From a virus: a stretch of 64,000 nt of DNA. Each line of letters opens with the position of its first letter. Positions within the stretch are counted from its first letter, which is position 1. The notes under the pieces were generated by a model. That model was not told the DNA's origin, searched no databases, and saw only the letters and a list, made by a program, of their open reading frames with translations. The stretch lies in IMG/VR virus record IMGVR_UViG_3300044957_000619. The stretch is one strand, 5' to 3'. Below are positions 19,299 to 28,683 of this stretch, piece by piece. Both the position numbers and the translations under genes were made by a program.

Positions 19299-20548
19299 GC
19301 TTCAACTTTTTTTAATTTTGGCAATGTCAATTTAGGTAATGACAATTCTACTTGTTTTGGTACTGATGCTAATGCGACATCAACGATACCTAATACTTTT
19401 TCATATACGGCTGCTATTGCAGTTTTAGTAAACGTTGAATTAACAAAATAACGTTGGCGTTTAGCTAATTCTTGCCATTTTTTATAATTCTTTTGCACTT
19501 CCTTCATCATTTTTCCGGCGTATGCATAATCCGGCGTAAACCAATTGGCGCCGTTAATTAAAAATTCATTCTGCGCAGATGGGTGAATTTCAGTTAATCC
19601 GCCTGGTAATGCACATATAAAATCTTTTTTAAGGAAATCTGATTGACCCGAATAATGTGGTGCAATGATCGGTTTGCCGGTTGTTGAATATTCAAGTAGT
19701 GGCCGACCAAAGCCTTCAGATTTTGTAAATGATATCATGGCTTTTATTTTAGGATGATTATAAAGTAAATTCATTTCTTCATCAGTTAAGTCGCCATGTA
19801 ACAAATATACATTTGGTAATTTTGCTCCAGGAAACATATCTCGAATTTGATTGATTTTATTTTCAATCTCCATTCGATCCATAACAGAATATGTTGCTCC
19901 GCTAGATTTCATAACAAGTGCAGGTGCATCTTTTTGATTTTTATATGTATTAAAAAAACAATGAATTAATCCACTGATATTTTTTCGATCTTCTCCAACT
20001 TGTCCTTGTAACCAATGTCCAACCGATAAAAACGCAAATGTTTCTGGAATTTGATTTAAAATACTTAAATTACCAGAAATCTTATTGTTATAAATTGTTT
20101 CATCAAAATATTCTGGAACTACTTCAATTCGAGCTGTAATAGATTTATTATTTTGTTTTGCCGTATTTTCGAATACAGTTTTAGTAAATTCACTTGGAAC
20201 AATTACTAGTTGCATTGAATTTAAATTATCAATCCACGCAGTTGGACAAATATCTCCTTCAGTACCTGCAGTAATACCAATATTAAATTTACCTACAGCT
20301 TGAAATTCATTAGGAACCGTGATTTGAACCCAAATATCAGGTTGTGATGTTAATGGCAACGGAATAATACGTTGATTCCAATCAATTGGAATTGGATATG
20401 TAAATGGAGTGTGACCCCATGGTAATGAGACTAATTTAATATCCCATTCTTTACTCCGTTGTTCTATAAAATTTGTAATTACTTCTCGTGCATGATGTCC
20501 ATACCCCGATTGCGTTGCTACTGGTGATGCTATAACTACTGTTCTCAT
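19295..20548 (-). CDS. glycosyltransferase family 4 (GT-B)
   Basis: SGYG, DRKN, EGFGRPLLE. Confidence 0.85.
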   Translation of the reverse strand: MRTVVIASPVATQSGYGHHAREVITNFIEQRSKEWDIKLVSLPWGHTPFTYPIPIDWNQRIIPLPLTSQPDIWVQITVPNEFQAVGKFNIGITAGTEGDICPTAWIDNLNSMQLVIVPSEFTKTVFENTAKQNNKSITARIEVVPEYFDETIYNNKISGNLSILNQIPETFAFLSVGHWLQGQVGEDRKNISGLIHCFFNTYKNQKDAPALVMKSSGATYSVMDRMEIENKINQIRDMFPGAKLPNVYLLHGDLTDEEMNLLYNHPKIKAMISFTKSEGFGRPLLEYSTTGKPIIAPHYSGQSDFLKKDFICALPGGLTEIHPSAQNEFLINGANWFTPDYAYAGKMMKEVQKNYKKWQELAKRQRYFVNSTFTKTAIAAVYEKVLGIVDVALASVPKQVELSLPKLTLPKLKKVEA

Positions 20549-22038
20549 TATTTTACAATTCCTATATTATCGTATGTTGTTTTCGTAACTTTATTTAATG
20601 TATATCTAGGTCGGGTTTCAATTTTTGCTGAAAATAAATAATCTATCATTTCAATCATTTTGTTGCCCATTTGTTCGGCAGTAAGTCCATTTTGTAATGC
20701 CCATGTTCTTCCTGCTAATCCCATTTCAGCTCGAAGCATTTCTGGTGTATTATACCAATATTGAATTGCAGCCGCCACATCTTCGAATCGCACTCGATCA
20801 TCAAAAATATACGGCGTTGGCGGCGAACCTTGTAGTGATCGATTAGATGGAAATACTGGTTTTGCCCATATGCCATGTAATTTATATTTTCCGGTATGAT
20901 TGGTTGCAAAATTGCCATCGAACCGTATCCATTCTTCATTTTCATCTACAAAACCACACTGATCTTGCAATCCGCCAGTTACATTATTGATAATAGGTGT
21001 CCCTGATAATATAGCTTCAGTTGAGCTTAGTCCCCAACCTTCATTACTGGCAATATTAACTACAACATCTGCAACATTATACATCGCATTTAATTCATTT
21101 GCCATTAATTTTTGTTCGGAAAATATAATCTTACATTTAGGAGCAATTGCATTTTTTACAGCAATTAAATCCGTACCATTTTCATCAACAGCTTGTGTAT
21201 GCATTACTAATGCAACGCGTTCTTTTTGTTCTTCTGGTAAGCTGTCTACGAATGTTTTGAAAGCTAAAATTACATCCCCAGGTTGTTTTCTTCTAATATT
21301 GCGATTATTCCAAAAAACTACAAAATCTACATCATTAGCTGATTTAATTTTTTCATACATTTGTTTGAATATTGGATCGGTAGATGCCAATGGTTTAAAT
21401 ACGTTATGGTTTAAACCGTGAGGAACAAATCCGGTAATAATTTGATTCCAATTTACATCCATTGATAGACTTTCACTGGCATCATAATTTACAACTTCAA
21501 ATCCGTTTTGTGTAAGTACTTCGCGATGAATATTATCTGATTGTTTGCTAATACCCATGATCAAATCACAACTTGCATAAAATGGAGCATTCCACATAGG
21601 ATATGGAAGATCATCCCAAATTGAATAATAAATTATAGGAATATTATATGTTGTTTTAATTTCATGTTCAATTGCATATAACCATGTCCAATAACGAGGA
21701 TCGGTAAAATGAAATATTGCATCTGGTTGCTCTTGATTGAGAATTGCAAATAATATGTTACGGTCTCCGTATCCATTCCATGGTATAATTTTAACTGATG
21801 CATCGGTTATGCCCGTTTCTTGTGCAACTTGAGCAGATAAATCAAAAGCCTGGCCAGCTTCGGGGTGTTTAAGTGCACCGCCTAATTGTACCCAATCATA
21901 ATGATGTACTGTGTTAAAAATAATTTCTCGGCTAATGGTACCAATGCCTGATGGCAATCGAAAATCGTCTGCTAACAATAAAATTTTCTTTTTTTTAGGG
22001 TTGTTAGGATCGATCTTTTTTAATTTTGGTAACTGCAT
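20548..22038 (-). CDS. glycosyltransferase family 4 (GT-B)
   Basis: SGIG, NRNIRRK, NEGWGLSSTEA. Confidence 0.85.
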   Translation of the reverse strand: MQLPKLKKIDPNNPKKKKILLLADDFRLPSGIGTISREIIFNTVHHYDWVQLGGALKHPEAGQAFDLSAQVAQETGITDASVKIIPWNGYGDRNILFAILNQEQPDAIFHFTDPRYWTWLYAIEHEIKTTYNIPIIYYSIWDDLPYPMWNAPFYASCDLIMGISKQSDNIHREVLTQNGFEVVNYDASESLSMDVNWNQIITGFVPHGLNHNVFKPLASTDPIFKQMYEKIKSANDVDFVVFWNNRNIRRKQPGDVILAFKTFVDSLPEEQKERVALVMHTQAVDENGTDLIAVKNAIAPKCKIIFSEQKLMANELNAMYNVADVVVNIASNEGWGLSSTEAILSGTPIINNVTGGLQDQCGFVDENEEWIRFDGNFATNHTGKYKLHGIWAKPVFPSNRSLQGSPPTPYIFDDRVRFEDVAAAIQYWYNTPEMLRAEMGLAGRTWALQNGLTAEQMGNKMIEMIDYLFSAKIETRPRYTLNKVTKTTYDNIGIVK

Positions 22039-22058
22039 TTATTCCTTTATAACTTTTA

Positions 22059-22067
22059 TATAAATAT
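22059..22067 (-). promoter_or_regulatory. class B motif ATATTTATA at the head of the glycosyltransferase island
   Basis: about 20 nt upstream of the first GT4 gene, with AAGGAA in between. Confidence 0.7.
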
Positions 22068-22070
22068 GGT

Positions 22071-22475
22071 TTAACCTAGTATAACCACCGGTTTTTGTAA
22101 TTTTTTAGTTCGCGTCCAGGCTGTTTGTAATACTGGATCTAATTGCATTTGATTGCTTAAAATCATCATGTAATCACATCGTTCTGCAATAAGCTGCATT
22201 CGATGATGAAGCTGCGAAAAATGATATGGTTTTCCATAATATGATTCTGGCATTGCTGAGTACATGTTATGTCCTGAAAATGACGGATTAAATTCTTCAT
22301 ATTGCAATCCAAATTCTAGTGCATATTTTCTAACCATACTGTTAGCTCCTTCGTTGCCGCCGGCACCGACTATAACTAAATCATCTCCAAACTTCTTTTT
22401 TACAAGTTGAAGCGTTTCTTGTATCTTTCTTTTATTCTGCCAATCTGTATTTCCGATGATTGCAATTCGTTTCAT
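22071..22475 (-). CDS. SLOG superfamily (YspA/DUF2493-like) protein
   Basis: IAIIGN..W, VGAGGNEGAN, YA...GL pattern. Confidence 0.6.
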   Translation of the reverse strand: MKRIAIIGNTDWQNKRKIQETLQLVKKKFGDDLVIVGAGGNEGANSMVRKYALEFGLQYEEFNPSFSGHNMYSAMPESYYGKPYHFSQLHHRMQLIAERCDYMMILSNQMQLDPVLQTAWTRTKKLQKPVVILG

Positions 22476-22690
22476 CGTCGTTCTCGTACAAATTTAACAC
22501 CTTTTGGATAATGCCCATATACTAAGCGAAGCATTTGTTCCAATGTTTTTCTGTTTTCTTTATGATCAGGTCCATCTATATTTGTGCATAATGAATATTC
22601 CATTACGCAAGTTTTAGTACCAGGCCACGATGCATGATTCTGCATTTGAAATTCGTATACATATACATGTTTATGTGTCCACTTGATCAT
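22472..22690 (-). CDS. hypothetical protein
   Basis: 72 aa ORF with a promoter directly upstream. Confidence 0.55.
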   Translation of the reverse strand: MIKWTHKHVYVYEFQMQNHASWPGTKTCVMEYSLCTNIDGPDHKENRKTLEQMLRLVYGHYPKGVKFVRERR

Positions 22691-22695
22691 AACTT

Positions 22696-22724
22696 ATTAT
22701 AATAAATTTTATTCACGAATCCTA
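22696..22724 (-). promoter_or_regulatory. class A promoter TAGGAT-N17-TATAAT
   Basis: exact 17 nt spacer; ATG 5 nt downstream. Confidence 0.65.
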
Positions 22725-23662
22725 GCATCTTTAGGACAACGTTCGTAATCAGTTTTGAATGGACAATAATTGCAATTAACTGCACCTTTACCTGCAACAG
22801 CAACATAGTTTCTATCAGCATTCTTATTACCTTCAGAGTCAAAACAAGCATCAACAAATGCATCAATCTGCCGTTGAATTTTCTTTTGAGTTACCGAACC
22901 AGCAGCTGGTTTATGATTTTGAATTCGCTTTTGTGGAAACATTGATTCTTCAACAATCTTACGTTTTACAATAAAAAATTCAACTTCAATCTTTTCACGT
23001 GGAACGCCAAATTGTTCTGCAAAGTAATTTTTATATGCAATTAATTGTGCTGACTTCATTGCATCTGATTTGGCTGATTGTTTCCATCCATTACGTGATG
23101 TTTTGATATCAAACAATTTGAAAGTATTGGTAGGTACATGGCGCATAACAACATCAATGAATCCATACCAATATACTGAAGGATTCTTTGGGGATGCAGG
23201 ATGGCATAATTCAATCTCAATGCCTACTAACTCCCAATCTTTGCTTGAAAAGTATTGTCCTCTTCTTTTACTAAACCATTGTAAAATGGCAGCTCCATCT
23301 TCTAAATATTCTGCCAACTGCAATGGATTTGAAAAATGTTCTCCGCCAAATTCTTGCACACAACGTGCATATTCGTCTCGAAGTTTATTTTGTAATATTC
23401 CACGCAAATCTAACGATTCGGCTTTCTTAACAGACTCTGTATACATTACGGTTAAGAAATATTGAAATGTTTCGTGGAAAGCTGTTCCAAACACCGTTTC
23501 AATTGATGCTTGGAACGGAGCTAATCCATCGATATATGATAGTTTCCAAGCAAGTGGGCAACGTTCATACATTGACCATTGCGAATAAGAAATCTTTCTT
23601 GGTACAGAAGCTGCATCTCGTACTGCTAATCTATATACTGGATTGATATAAGTTCCTTTCAT
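22709..23662 (-). CDS. PD-(D/E)XK nuclease (RecB/Cas4-like exonuclease)
   Basis: ISYSQ...CP, FGTAFH, GFIDVV, DIKT, QL.AY, CNYCPF. Confidence 0.85.
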   Translation of the reverse strand: MKGTYINPVYRLAVRDAASVPRKISYSQWSMYERCPLAWKLSYIDGLAPFQASIETVFGTAFHETFQYFLTVMYTESVKKAESLDLRGILQNKLRDEYARCVQEFGGEHFSNPLQLAEYLEDGAAILQWFSKRRGQYFSSKDWELVGIEIELCHPASPKNPSVYWYGFIDVVMRHVPTNTFKLFDIKTSRNGWKQSAKSDAMKSAQLIAYKNYFAEQFGVPREKIEVEFFIVKRKIVEESMFPQKRIQNHKPAAGSVTQKKIQRQIDAFVDACFDSEGNKNADRNYVAVAGKGAVNCNYCPFKTDYERCPKDARIRE

Positions 23663-23667
23663 ATTTT

Positions 23668-23696
23668 ATTATATGAAATCATTTAATTAAATCCAA
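23668..23696 (-). promoter_or_regulatory. class A promoter TTGGAT-N17-TATAAT
   Basis: exact 17 nt spacer; ATG 5 nt downstream. Confidence 0.75.
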
Positions 23697-23888
23697 TTGT
23701 TCTTTCATATAAATTTCTATTAAATCTTTGGTTTTTTGCAAGTCTTGTTCAAACGAACCTTTGTGACGGCATCTTACAATGCGTTTGATGATGTCGAATT
23801 CATATGCGTTAAGTTTAAAATCTTCTGCAAACTTATAAAGTGAATAAGGACCTTGATAGTGTTTTTGTGTGTTTATGTTATTTTCCAT
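23679..23888 (-). CDS. DUF3310 (SaV-like) protein
   Basis: HY...IIKRIVRCRHKG...DLQK. Confidence 0.65.
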   Translation of the reverse strand: MENNINTQKHYQGPYSLYKFAEDFKLNAYEFDIIKRIVRCRHKGSFEQDLQKTKDLIEIYMKEQLDLIK

Positions 23889-24621
23889 ATTTTTTAACTG
23901 TTTTCATTTTTTCAATTGATTCTTGTTTATGTTTTTTTCCGTACATTGGATTTTTATCCCCATCATATAAACCTATTTTTGCAAACCGTTGTTTTTGTTT
24001 AGTGACATCTGATACAGGTTTATCGTATCGAGGATTGTCGGTTGGTTTATTATATCTTCCACGAACCCAGCCAGCTGGTATTGGTTCTAATATATGATGT
24101 TTTTTTGATATAACCCCATTTTTAATCCAAATGTATTCTTTACATTTTTCGGATGGCGATTTACCGGATTGTATACGACCTCTTTGCCACCCAACTGGTA
24201 TATCCGTTTTATCATATACTTTTTTATTTAATATGCCATTTGTTATCCAAAAACTGCCAGCAAACGGAGAACCATTTTGTTTAATATAATTTCGTTGACG
24301 TTCTAATTGTATTTTTGAGTTTAACTCTCTAATTATTTGATATTCATTACTACTAACGTGGTAAGTTCTTGTTTGAGTATTACTTTGTACTTTATTTAAC
24401 ATCATCCAAAATGCTTTAATAATGCCATGATGATTGGGATAAATTTTCCAAAGCAATTTATGAGCTATATAATGTTCTCGAGCAGTTAAATCAACTAAAT
24501 TATCTAGGTCTTCGGTGCCACCCATACATTTAGGGACAACATGATGTCGTTCATGATACCCTTGCAATGTTCTGGTACGAGCTCGATTGATAAGTTGATT
24601 GTATATTTTTTGATAATTCAT
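23878..24621 (-). CDS. free-standing HNH homing endonuclease with NUMOD3-type tail
   Basis: MNYQKIYNQL, HHVVPKCMGG, LTAREHYIAH, NPMYGKKH. Confidence 0.85.
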   Translation of the reverse strand: MNYQKIYNQLINRARTRTLQGYHERHHVVPKCMGGTEDLDNLVDLTAREHYIAHKLLWKIYPNHHGIIKAFWMMLNKVQSNTQTRTYHVSSNEYQIIRELNSKIQLERQRNYIKQNGSPFAGSFWITNGILNKKVYDKTDIPVGWQRGRIQSGKSPSEKCKEYIWIKNGVISKKHHILEPIPAGWVRGRYNKPTDNPRYDKPVSDVTKQKQRFAKIGLYDGDKNPMYGKKHKQESIEKMKTVKKYGK

Positions 24622-24626
24622 AATAG

Positions 24627-24713
24627 TAAAAACCATGCATCTTTTGAGGTCGGAGGCTCTACTCGATACATGGTCTTGTTAAATTATTTTACAATGTAGC
24701 TCCGACCCTACAT
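24627..24713 (-). ncRNA. candidate structured leader RNA: two hairpins with complementary loops
   Basis: minus strand ATGTAG-GGTCGGAG-CTACAT and ACCATGTATC-GAGTA-GAG-CCTCCGAC-CTC-AAAA-GATGCATGGT-TTTT; loops pair over 7 bp (GTCGGAG/CTCCGAC). Confidence 0.6.
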
Positions 24714-24730
24714 ATATAAATATATCACGC

Positions 24731-25180
24731 TCACTTGATTCCTTTTAACATACGTTTTTTCTCTGCTTCGCTATATCCGTACATGGTTATGATACGTTCC
24801 AATGCAACTTTATCCATTAAATCTGCATAATCTCCAGCTTCGGCACGACTAATTTGATAATGTTCTGCAAGTTGTGTGATTAAATCTTTATCGAACTTAT
24901 CTTCAGACTTTCCTTTGATATATTTTGCAAAGCTTTTATTGGTTGGCAGTAATTCATAGTACAATCGATATGTTTCTTGTGGCCGTAATAATCCAATTGT
25001 ATATGTTTGCAATTCATTGACTAACTCAGTTAGTTCCATTCGCATCGATAACCAACGATTAACAATAAACGGAGAAAATTTTTTTTGATCTGTTTCAGAC
25101 CATTTTTTCCATTCTCGTTTTTTATCCGTTAATCCACTAATTAAATCAAAAATCGTTGCACCTTTCTTTTCTTCTGCCAT
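24731..25180 (-). CDS. clamp loader small subunit (T4 gp62-like)
   Basis: FSPFIVNRWLSM...LVNE.Q, KYIKGK; near the RFC large subunit. Confidence 0.7.
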   Translation of the reverse strand: MAEEKKGATIFDLISGLTDKKREWKKWSETDQKKFSPFIVNRWLSMRMELTELVNELQTYTIGLLRPQETYRLYYELLPTNKSFAKYIKGKSEDKFDKDLITQLAEHYQISRAEAGDYADLMDKVALERIITMYGYSEAEKKRMLKGIK

Positions 25181-25183
25181 GTA

Positions 25184-25399
25184 TTATAAATTATATTTTT
25201 TACGATATTGTTGTTCTAAATATTCACCCATTCCTGCTTCTAAAATAACAGCAGTATCTGGTATTCCTATGATTCGTTTTGCACCTAAAATATCATCCAT
25301 TGATTTGTTTTGAAACGTTTTGATTTTGGTTTTTGCATTGCTACGATTTGATGATTTGAATACAATTGTAACTAAATCTTTATGATATGGTGTAGACAT
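25184..25399 (-). CDS. hypothetical protein
   Basis: 71 aa coupled ORF. Confidence 0.5.
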   Translation of the reverse strand: MSTPYHKDLVTIVFKSSNRSNAKTKIKTFQNKSMDDILGAKRIIGIPDTAVILEAGMGEYLEQQYRKKYNL

Positions 25400-25617
25400 T
25401 ATTTTTTAATTTTTATTGGTTGAAATTCTTCTGGAACACTTCCGCAGTCATCGCATCTAAATACTGGAATTGGCACCATAGTATCTTTATCGGCACCTGT
25501 TAAGAATTTAGATACTTTGTTAATTGCCATTACTTGACGAAAATACATTCCGTCACATTCATTGCATGTAATTGGTTGCATATCATTTGGACCAATATTA
25601 ACATTTAATTTACTCAT
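25399..25617 (-). CDS. small zinc-ribbon protein
   Basis: CNEC...CDDCG. Confidence 0.65.
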   Translation of the reverse strand: MSKLNVNIGPNDMQPITCNECDGMYFRQVMAINKVSKFLTGADKDTMVPIPVFRCDDCGSVPEEFQPIKIKK

Positions 25618-26549
25618 AATTCTCCTAATAAATTTACAAACATTGCCATAATATTAATTTCCTGATCAACAACATGGGCTCCTTGATACTGTGCTTCTGC
25701 AATAATCAAAATGCATGGAGCAATATGACCATGAGCAAACTCATCTAAGTTATCATAAAGAAATGTATACAATGGCGTAAAATCTTTTACTTTGCTATCT
25801 GCAATCGTTTGCCGTATTTTGTTAAATGCAGCTTTTGTATCTTTAGCATTTTTTAAAACTTCCAATACTTCCGTCATGTAATTTGCTTGTATTGCAGAAG
25901 CTTTATCTAATTGCAACGTGTCATTAACGACTGATGCTTGTGCTGCATTGATTGCTCGACGAATATCTGGATAAGATGCATTAATAATTGCTGCAACATC
26001 CTTGATATCATAACTAACACCTTTTTCATCTAATACTGCAACTAATCGTTTTGCTACATCTGATTTACTTGGTGGCGTAATAGCAAATGTTTGACAACGC
26101 GATTGGATTGGATCAATAATCTTTTCAACATAGTTACATGTTAAAATAAAACGAGTTGTTTTGCTATATGTTTCCATTAGATTGCGAAGAGCAGCTTGTG
26201 CATTTGGTGTTAAATAATCTGCTTCATCTAAAATAATGATTTTCCAACGGCGAAATCCAACTGTAGATGCATAACGCTTAATCTTATCTCGTACTGCATC
26301 TACTGAGTTTTCATCTGATGCATTGATATACATTAAATCCGCATCTACGCTGTTTGCAATTATTTTCGCCAACGTTGTTTTGCCTGTTCCAGATGATCCA
26401 TAAAATAATAGATGCGGAACATCACCATTTGCGATAAAAATCTTAACTTTTTCAATAATGTGTTCATTGCCAATATATCCTTCTAATGTATCTGGACGGA
26501 ACGATTCAGTCCAGAGACTATTTTCAATTTCATTAATATTTTTAAACAT
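25614..26549 (-). CDS. clamp loader AAA+ subunit (RFC/T4 gp44-like)
   Basis: GSSGTGKT, INASD, LDEAD, SRC motifs. Confidence 0.92.
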   Translation of the reverse strand: MFKNINEIENSLWTESFRPDTLEGYIGNEHIIEKVKIFIANGDVPHLLFYGSSGTGKTTLAKIIANSVDADLMYINASDENSVDAVRDKIKRYASTVGFRRWKIIILDEADYLTPNAQAALRNLMETYSKTTRFILTCNYVEKIIDPIQSRCQTFAITPPSKSDVAKRLVAVLDEKGVSYDIKDVAAIINASYPDIRRAINAAQASVVNDTLQLDKASAIQANYMTEVLEVLKNAKDTKAAFNKIRQTIADSKVKDFTPLYTFLYDNLDEFAHGHIAPCILIIAEAQYQGAHVVDQEINIMAMFVNLLGEL

Positions 26550-26560
26550 AACTAATTAAT

Positions 26561-26815
26561 TTAATTTTGAATATTTTTTTTTATTTTTTCATAAAATTCA
26601 GGATGTTCCGGAGCATAACTTTTTAATAGCTCAAGATAATACTGATTTTTGTATTCTTCATCTTCTGTAGTTTCGTATTTAATTAAGTTTCTTAAACGAG
26701 CTACCATTTCATATCGTTCAGTTTCAACACAATAGTTTAATCTATTTTGCATTAAATTAACATACGATGAATGTGTATCATTTAGTTCTTGTTGTAACTC
26801 ATAAAGATGTTTCAT
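26561..26815 (-). CDS. small protein with UVR-like motif
   Basis: LNYCVETERYEMVARLRNLI; promoter directly upstream. Confidence 0.5.
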   Translation of the reverse strand: MKHLYELQQELNDTHSSYVNLMQNRLNYCVETERYEMVARLRNLIKYETTEDEEYKNQYYLELLKSYAPEHPEFYEKIKKNIQN

Positions 26816-26820
26816 AACTT

Positions 26821-26849
26821 ATTATATTAATTTTTATATAAAATTCCAA
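26821..26849 (-). promoter_or_regulatory. class A promoter TTGGAA-N17-TATAAT
   Basis: exact 17 nt spacer; ATG 5 nt downstream. Confidence 0.75.
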
Positions 26850-27478
26850 TTTAAGTATCTATCATTCTTACATCTATTAGACACAGTTTCAGCACATATA
26901 TTATAAAATCTAGCTGCTGATTGTAATGATTTGAATATTATTCCATTAATACATACTTGTTTTGCATTTTTAGATGCAGGATTGCCTTTATAATTATTAT
27001 GTCGTTCTTTAAACTTACCTTTAAAATTACCATGAGATTGGCCCGAATTAAAAAAAATACCATCATGTATATTTTTTAACTTTGTTTCTTCTGCCCGATT
27101 ATGTATTTCTAGATTTGCTCCTGGATTTTGATCACCCGAATAGCCTAATTTATGTTTTATTTTTTCATATAAAATGTCTCCTTTTTTATATGTTAAACCA
27201 CCATTGCCGCCTTGTGTCATATTATAACCATTTTTATATGTATCTAATTTAGATATCCAAAATCGTTCTCGTTCATTTATATCATCGGTTTCATTTAATG
27301 TTTCTAAAATAATCCATTCAAATTCGGAATTTAATCTTAAAGATTGATGAAAATTTGTATCTGATAACAGTCGTAATGCCGAATCATAATGACCATTCTT
27401 ACGTTCTTCTAAAGTTTTTGTCGTCTTCCCAACATACATTTTATCATTATCTTTATTTTTAGCACAATATATTATCAT
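26834..27478 (-). CDS. GIY-YIG homing endonuclease (Seg-like)
   Basis: IIYC...MYVGKT, R...H, ERFWI, GYNMT.GG; NUMOD1-like C-terminus. Confidence 0.85.
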   Translation of the reverse strand: MIIYCAKNKDNDKMYVGKTTKTLEERKNGHYDSALRLLSDTNFHQSLRLNSEFEWIILETLNETDDINERERFWISKLDTYKNGYNMTQGGNGGLTYKKGDILYEKIKHKLGYSGDQNPGANLEIHNRAEETKLKNIHDGIFFNSGQSHGNFKGKFKERHNNYKGNPASKNAKQVCINGIIFKSLQSAARFYNICAETVSNRCKNDRYLNWNFI

Positions 27479-27530
27479 AATGACCTTTTTATATAAATAT
27501 AGACCGGTCTGAATTTTGGTCTGAATCTTT

Positions 27531-27956
27531 TTAATTACCCGTTGATCCAAATCCTCCTAGACCTCGTTTTGTGTCTGATAATGAATCAGTTATTTCCCAT
27601 TCAATTCGCTCTACTCGAGACATAACCAATTGTGCAATCCGTTCTCCTTTTGCAAATTCAGCAACTGTGCTACCGTGATTGATTAATATTACACCAATTT
27701 CGCCTCGATAATCAGCATCAATAGTACCAGGAGTATTTAAAACGGTTACTCCTTGTTTTAACGCTACTCCGCTGCGAGGTCTTACTTGAATTTCAAATCC
27801 TGCAGGAATTTCTACATATAAACCAGTTTTTGCTAAAACTCGTTCACCTGGATTCATCATGATATATTCGGTACATCTTACATCTAATCCGGCACTCTGA
27901 GGAGTTTCGTAAGCCGGCAACGCATTTAGCGATTCGTTTATTACTCGTACTTGCAT
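27531..27956 (-). CDS. dut: dUTPase (trimeric)
   Basis: AGLD, RSG, GTIDADYRGE, RGLGGFGSTG. Confidence 0.95.
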   Translation of the reverse strand: MQVRVINESLNALPAYETPQSAGLDVRCTEYIMMNPGERVLAKTGLYVEIPAGFEIQVRPRSGVALKQGVTVLNTPGTIDADYRGEIGVILINHGSTVAEFAKGERIAQLVMSRVERIEWEITDSLSDTKRGLGGFGSTGN

Positions 27957-27959
27957 AAT

Positions 27960-28670
27960 TTAATTTTGTAACATTACAAGCCAATAGGTTGATTCAAAAT
28001 CAGCCCCCGTAAATTCAATTCGAGCTAATCCATCTGGCGATACTTTTAATTCTCCGCTATCTCCGCGATTTGCTACTAATACTTCTTTTAATTTGTCTGC
28101 TGAGAAACAAACTGGTTTCATCGTTGTCGTTGTGGTTGGCCCTACTTCAAATGAAATATTATCTGCATTAACGGTGGTATAATTGATGATGAATTTAACT
28201 TGTTCATTAACAACTTGCACTGCAAAGTTTTTTGCATCCGGTAATGCATTTTTTGCTTTGATAAATTTGCTAACAAATTCTTCATTAACTGGAATAGTAA
28301 CTTCATAATTTGGTTCTGCATTGATTGATGGTACTGCAGGAATAACTGTCGTATCAGCCAACATAAATGTTGCCTGCGTGCTACCTTCTGAAATTTTCAT
28401 TGCATAATTTTTACCTGCCGCATTTTTTACATCAATTGCAATATTTTCGCCCAATGCTCCTAGCATTTTAATCAATGCTCCGGTATGATTAATACCTAAC
28501 ATGCCCGACATAAACGGCTTTGTATTCCATTTAATTTTACCTACAATGGTTTGATCCATATCAATCAATTCGCATCCGATTGATTCTTCTTGTTCTTTTA
28601 ATGTAACCGCTTCGCAATTTCCTGCTAAATAATAACGATTAATGAACGATTGTAACTTGCTTTTTTCCAT
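27960..28670 (-). CDS. DNA sliding clamp (gp45-like)
   Basis: 236 aa, next to the clamp loader; C-terminal FS...LKEVL.AN...VS.DGL..I.F pattern. Confidence 0.65.
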   Translation of the reverse strand: MEKSKLQSFINRYYLAGNCEAVTLKEQEESIGCELIDMDQTIVGKIKWNTKPFMSGMLGINHTGALIKMLGALGENIAIDVKNAAGKNYAMKISEGSTQATFMLADTTVIPAVPSINAEPNYEVTIPVNEEFVSKFIKAKNALPDAKNFAVQVVNEQVKFIINYTTVNADNISFEVGPTTTTTMKPVCFSADKLKEVLVANRGDSGELKVSPDGLARIEFTGADFESTYWLVMLQN

Positions 28671-28683
28671 TATTTATTCCAAT

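Noticed and set aside
22709-23662. Cas4-like nuclease as evidence of a CRISPR system
   Set aside because: No other cas genes or array; stand-alone PD-(D/E)XK exonucleases are routine in phage replication modules.
24627-24713. Leader RNA as an HDV-like/theta or hammerhead ribozyme, or a preQ1 riboswitch
   Set aside because: It lacks the P3/P1.1/P4 and catalytic C arrangement, the CUGANGA core and the preQ1 consensus; kept as an unassigned structure.
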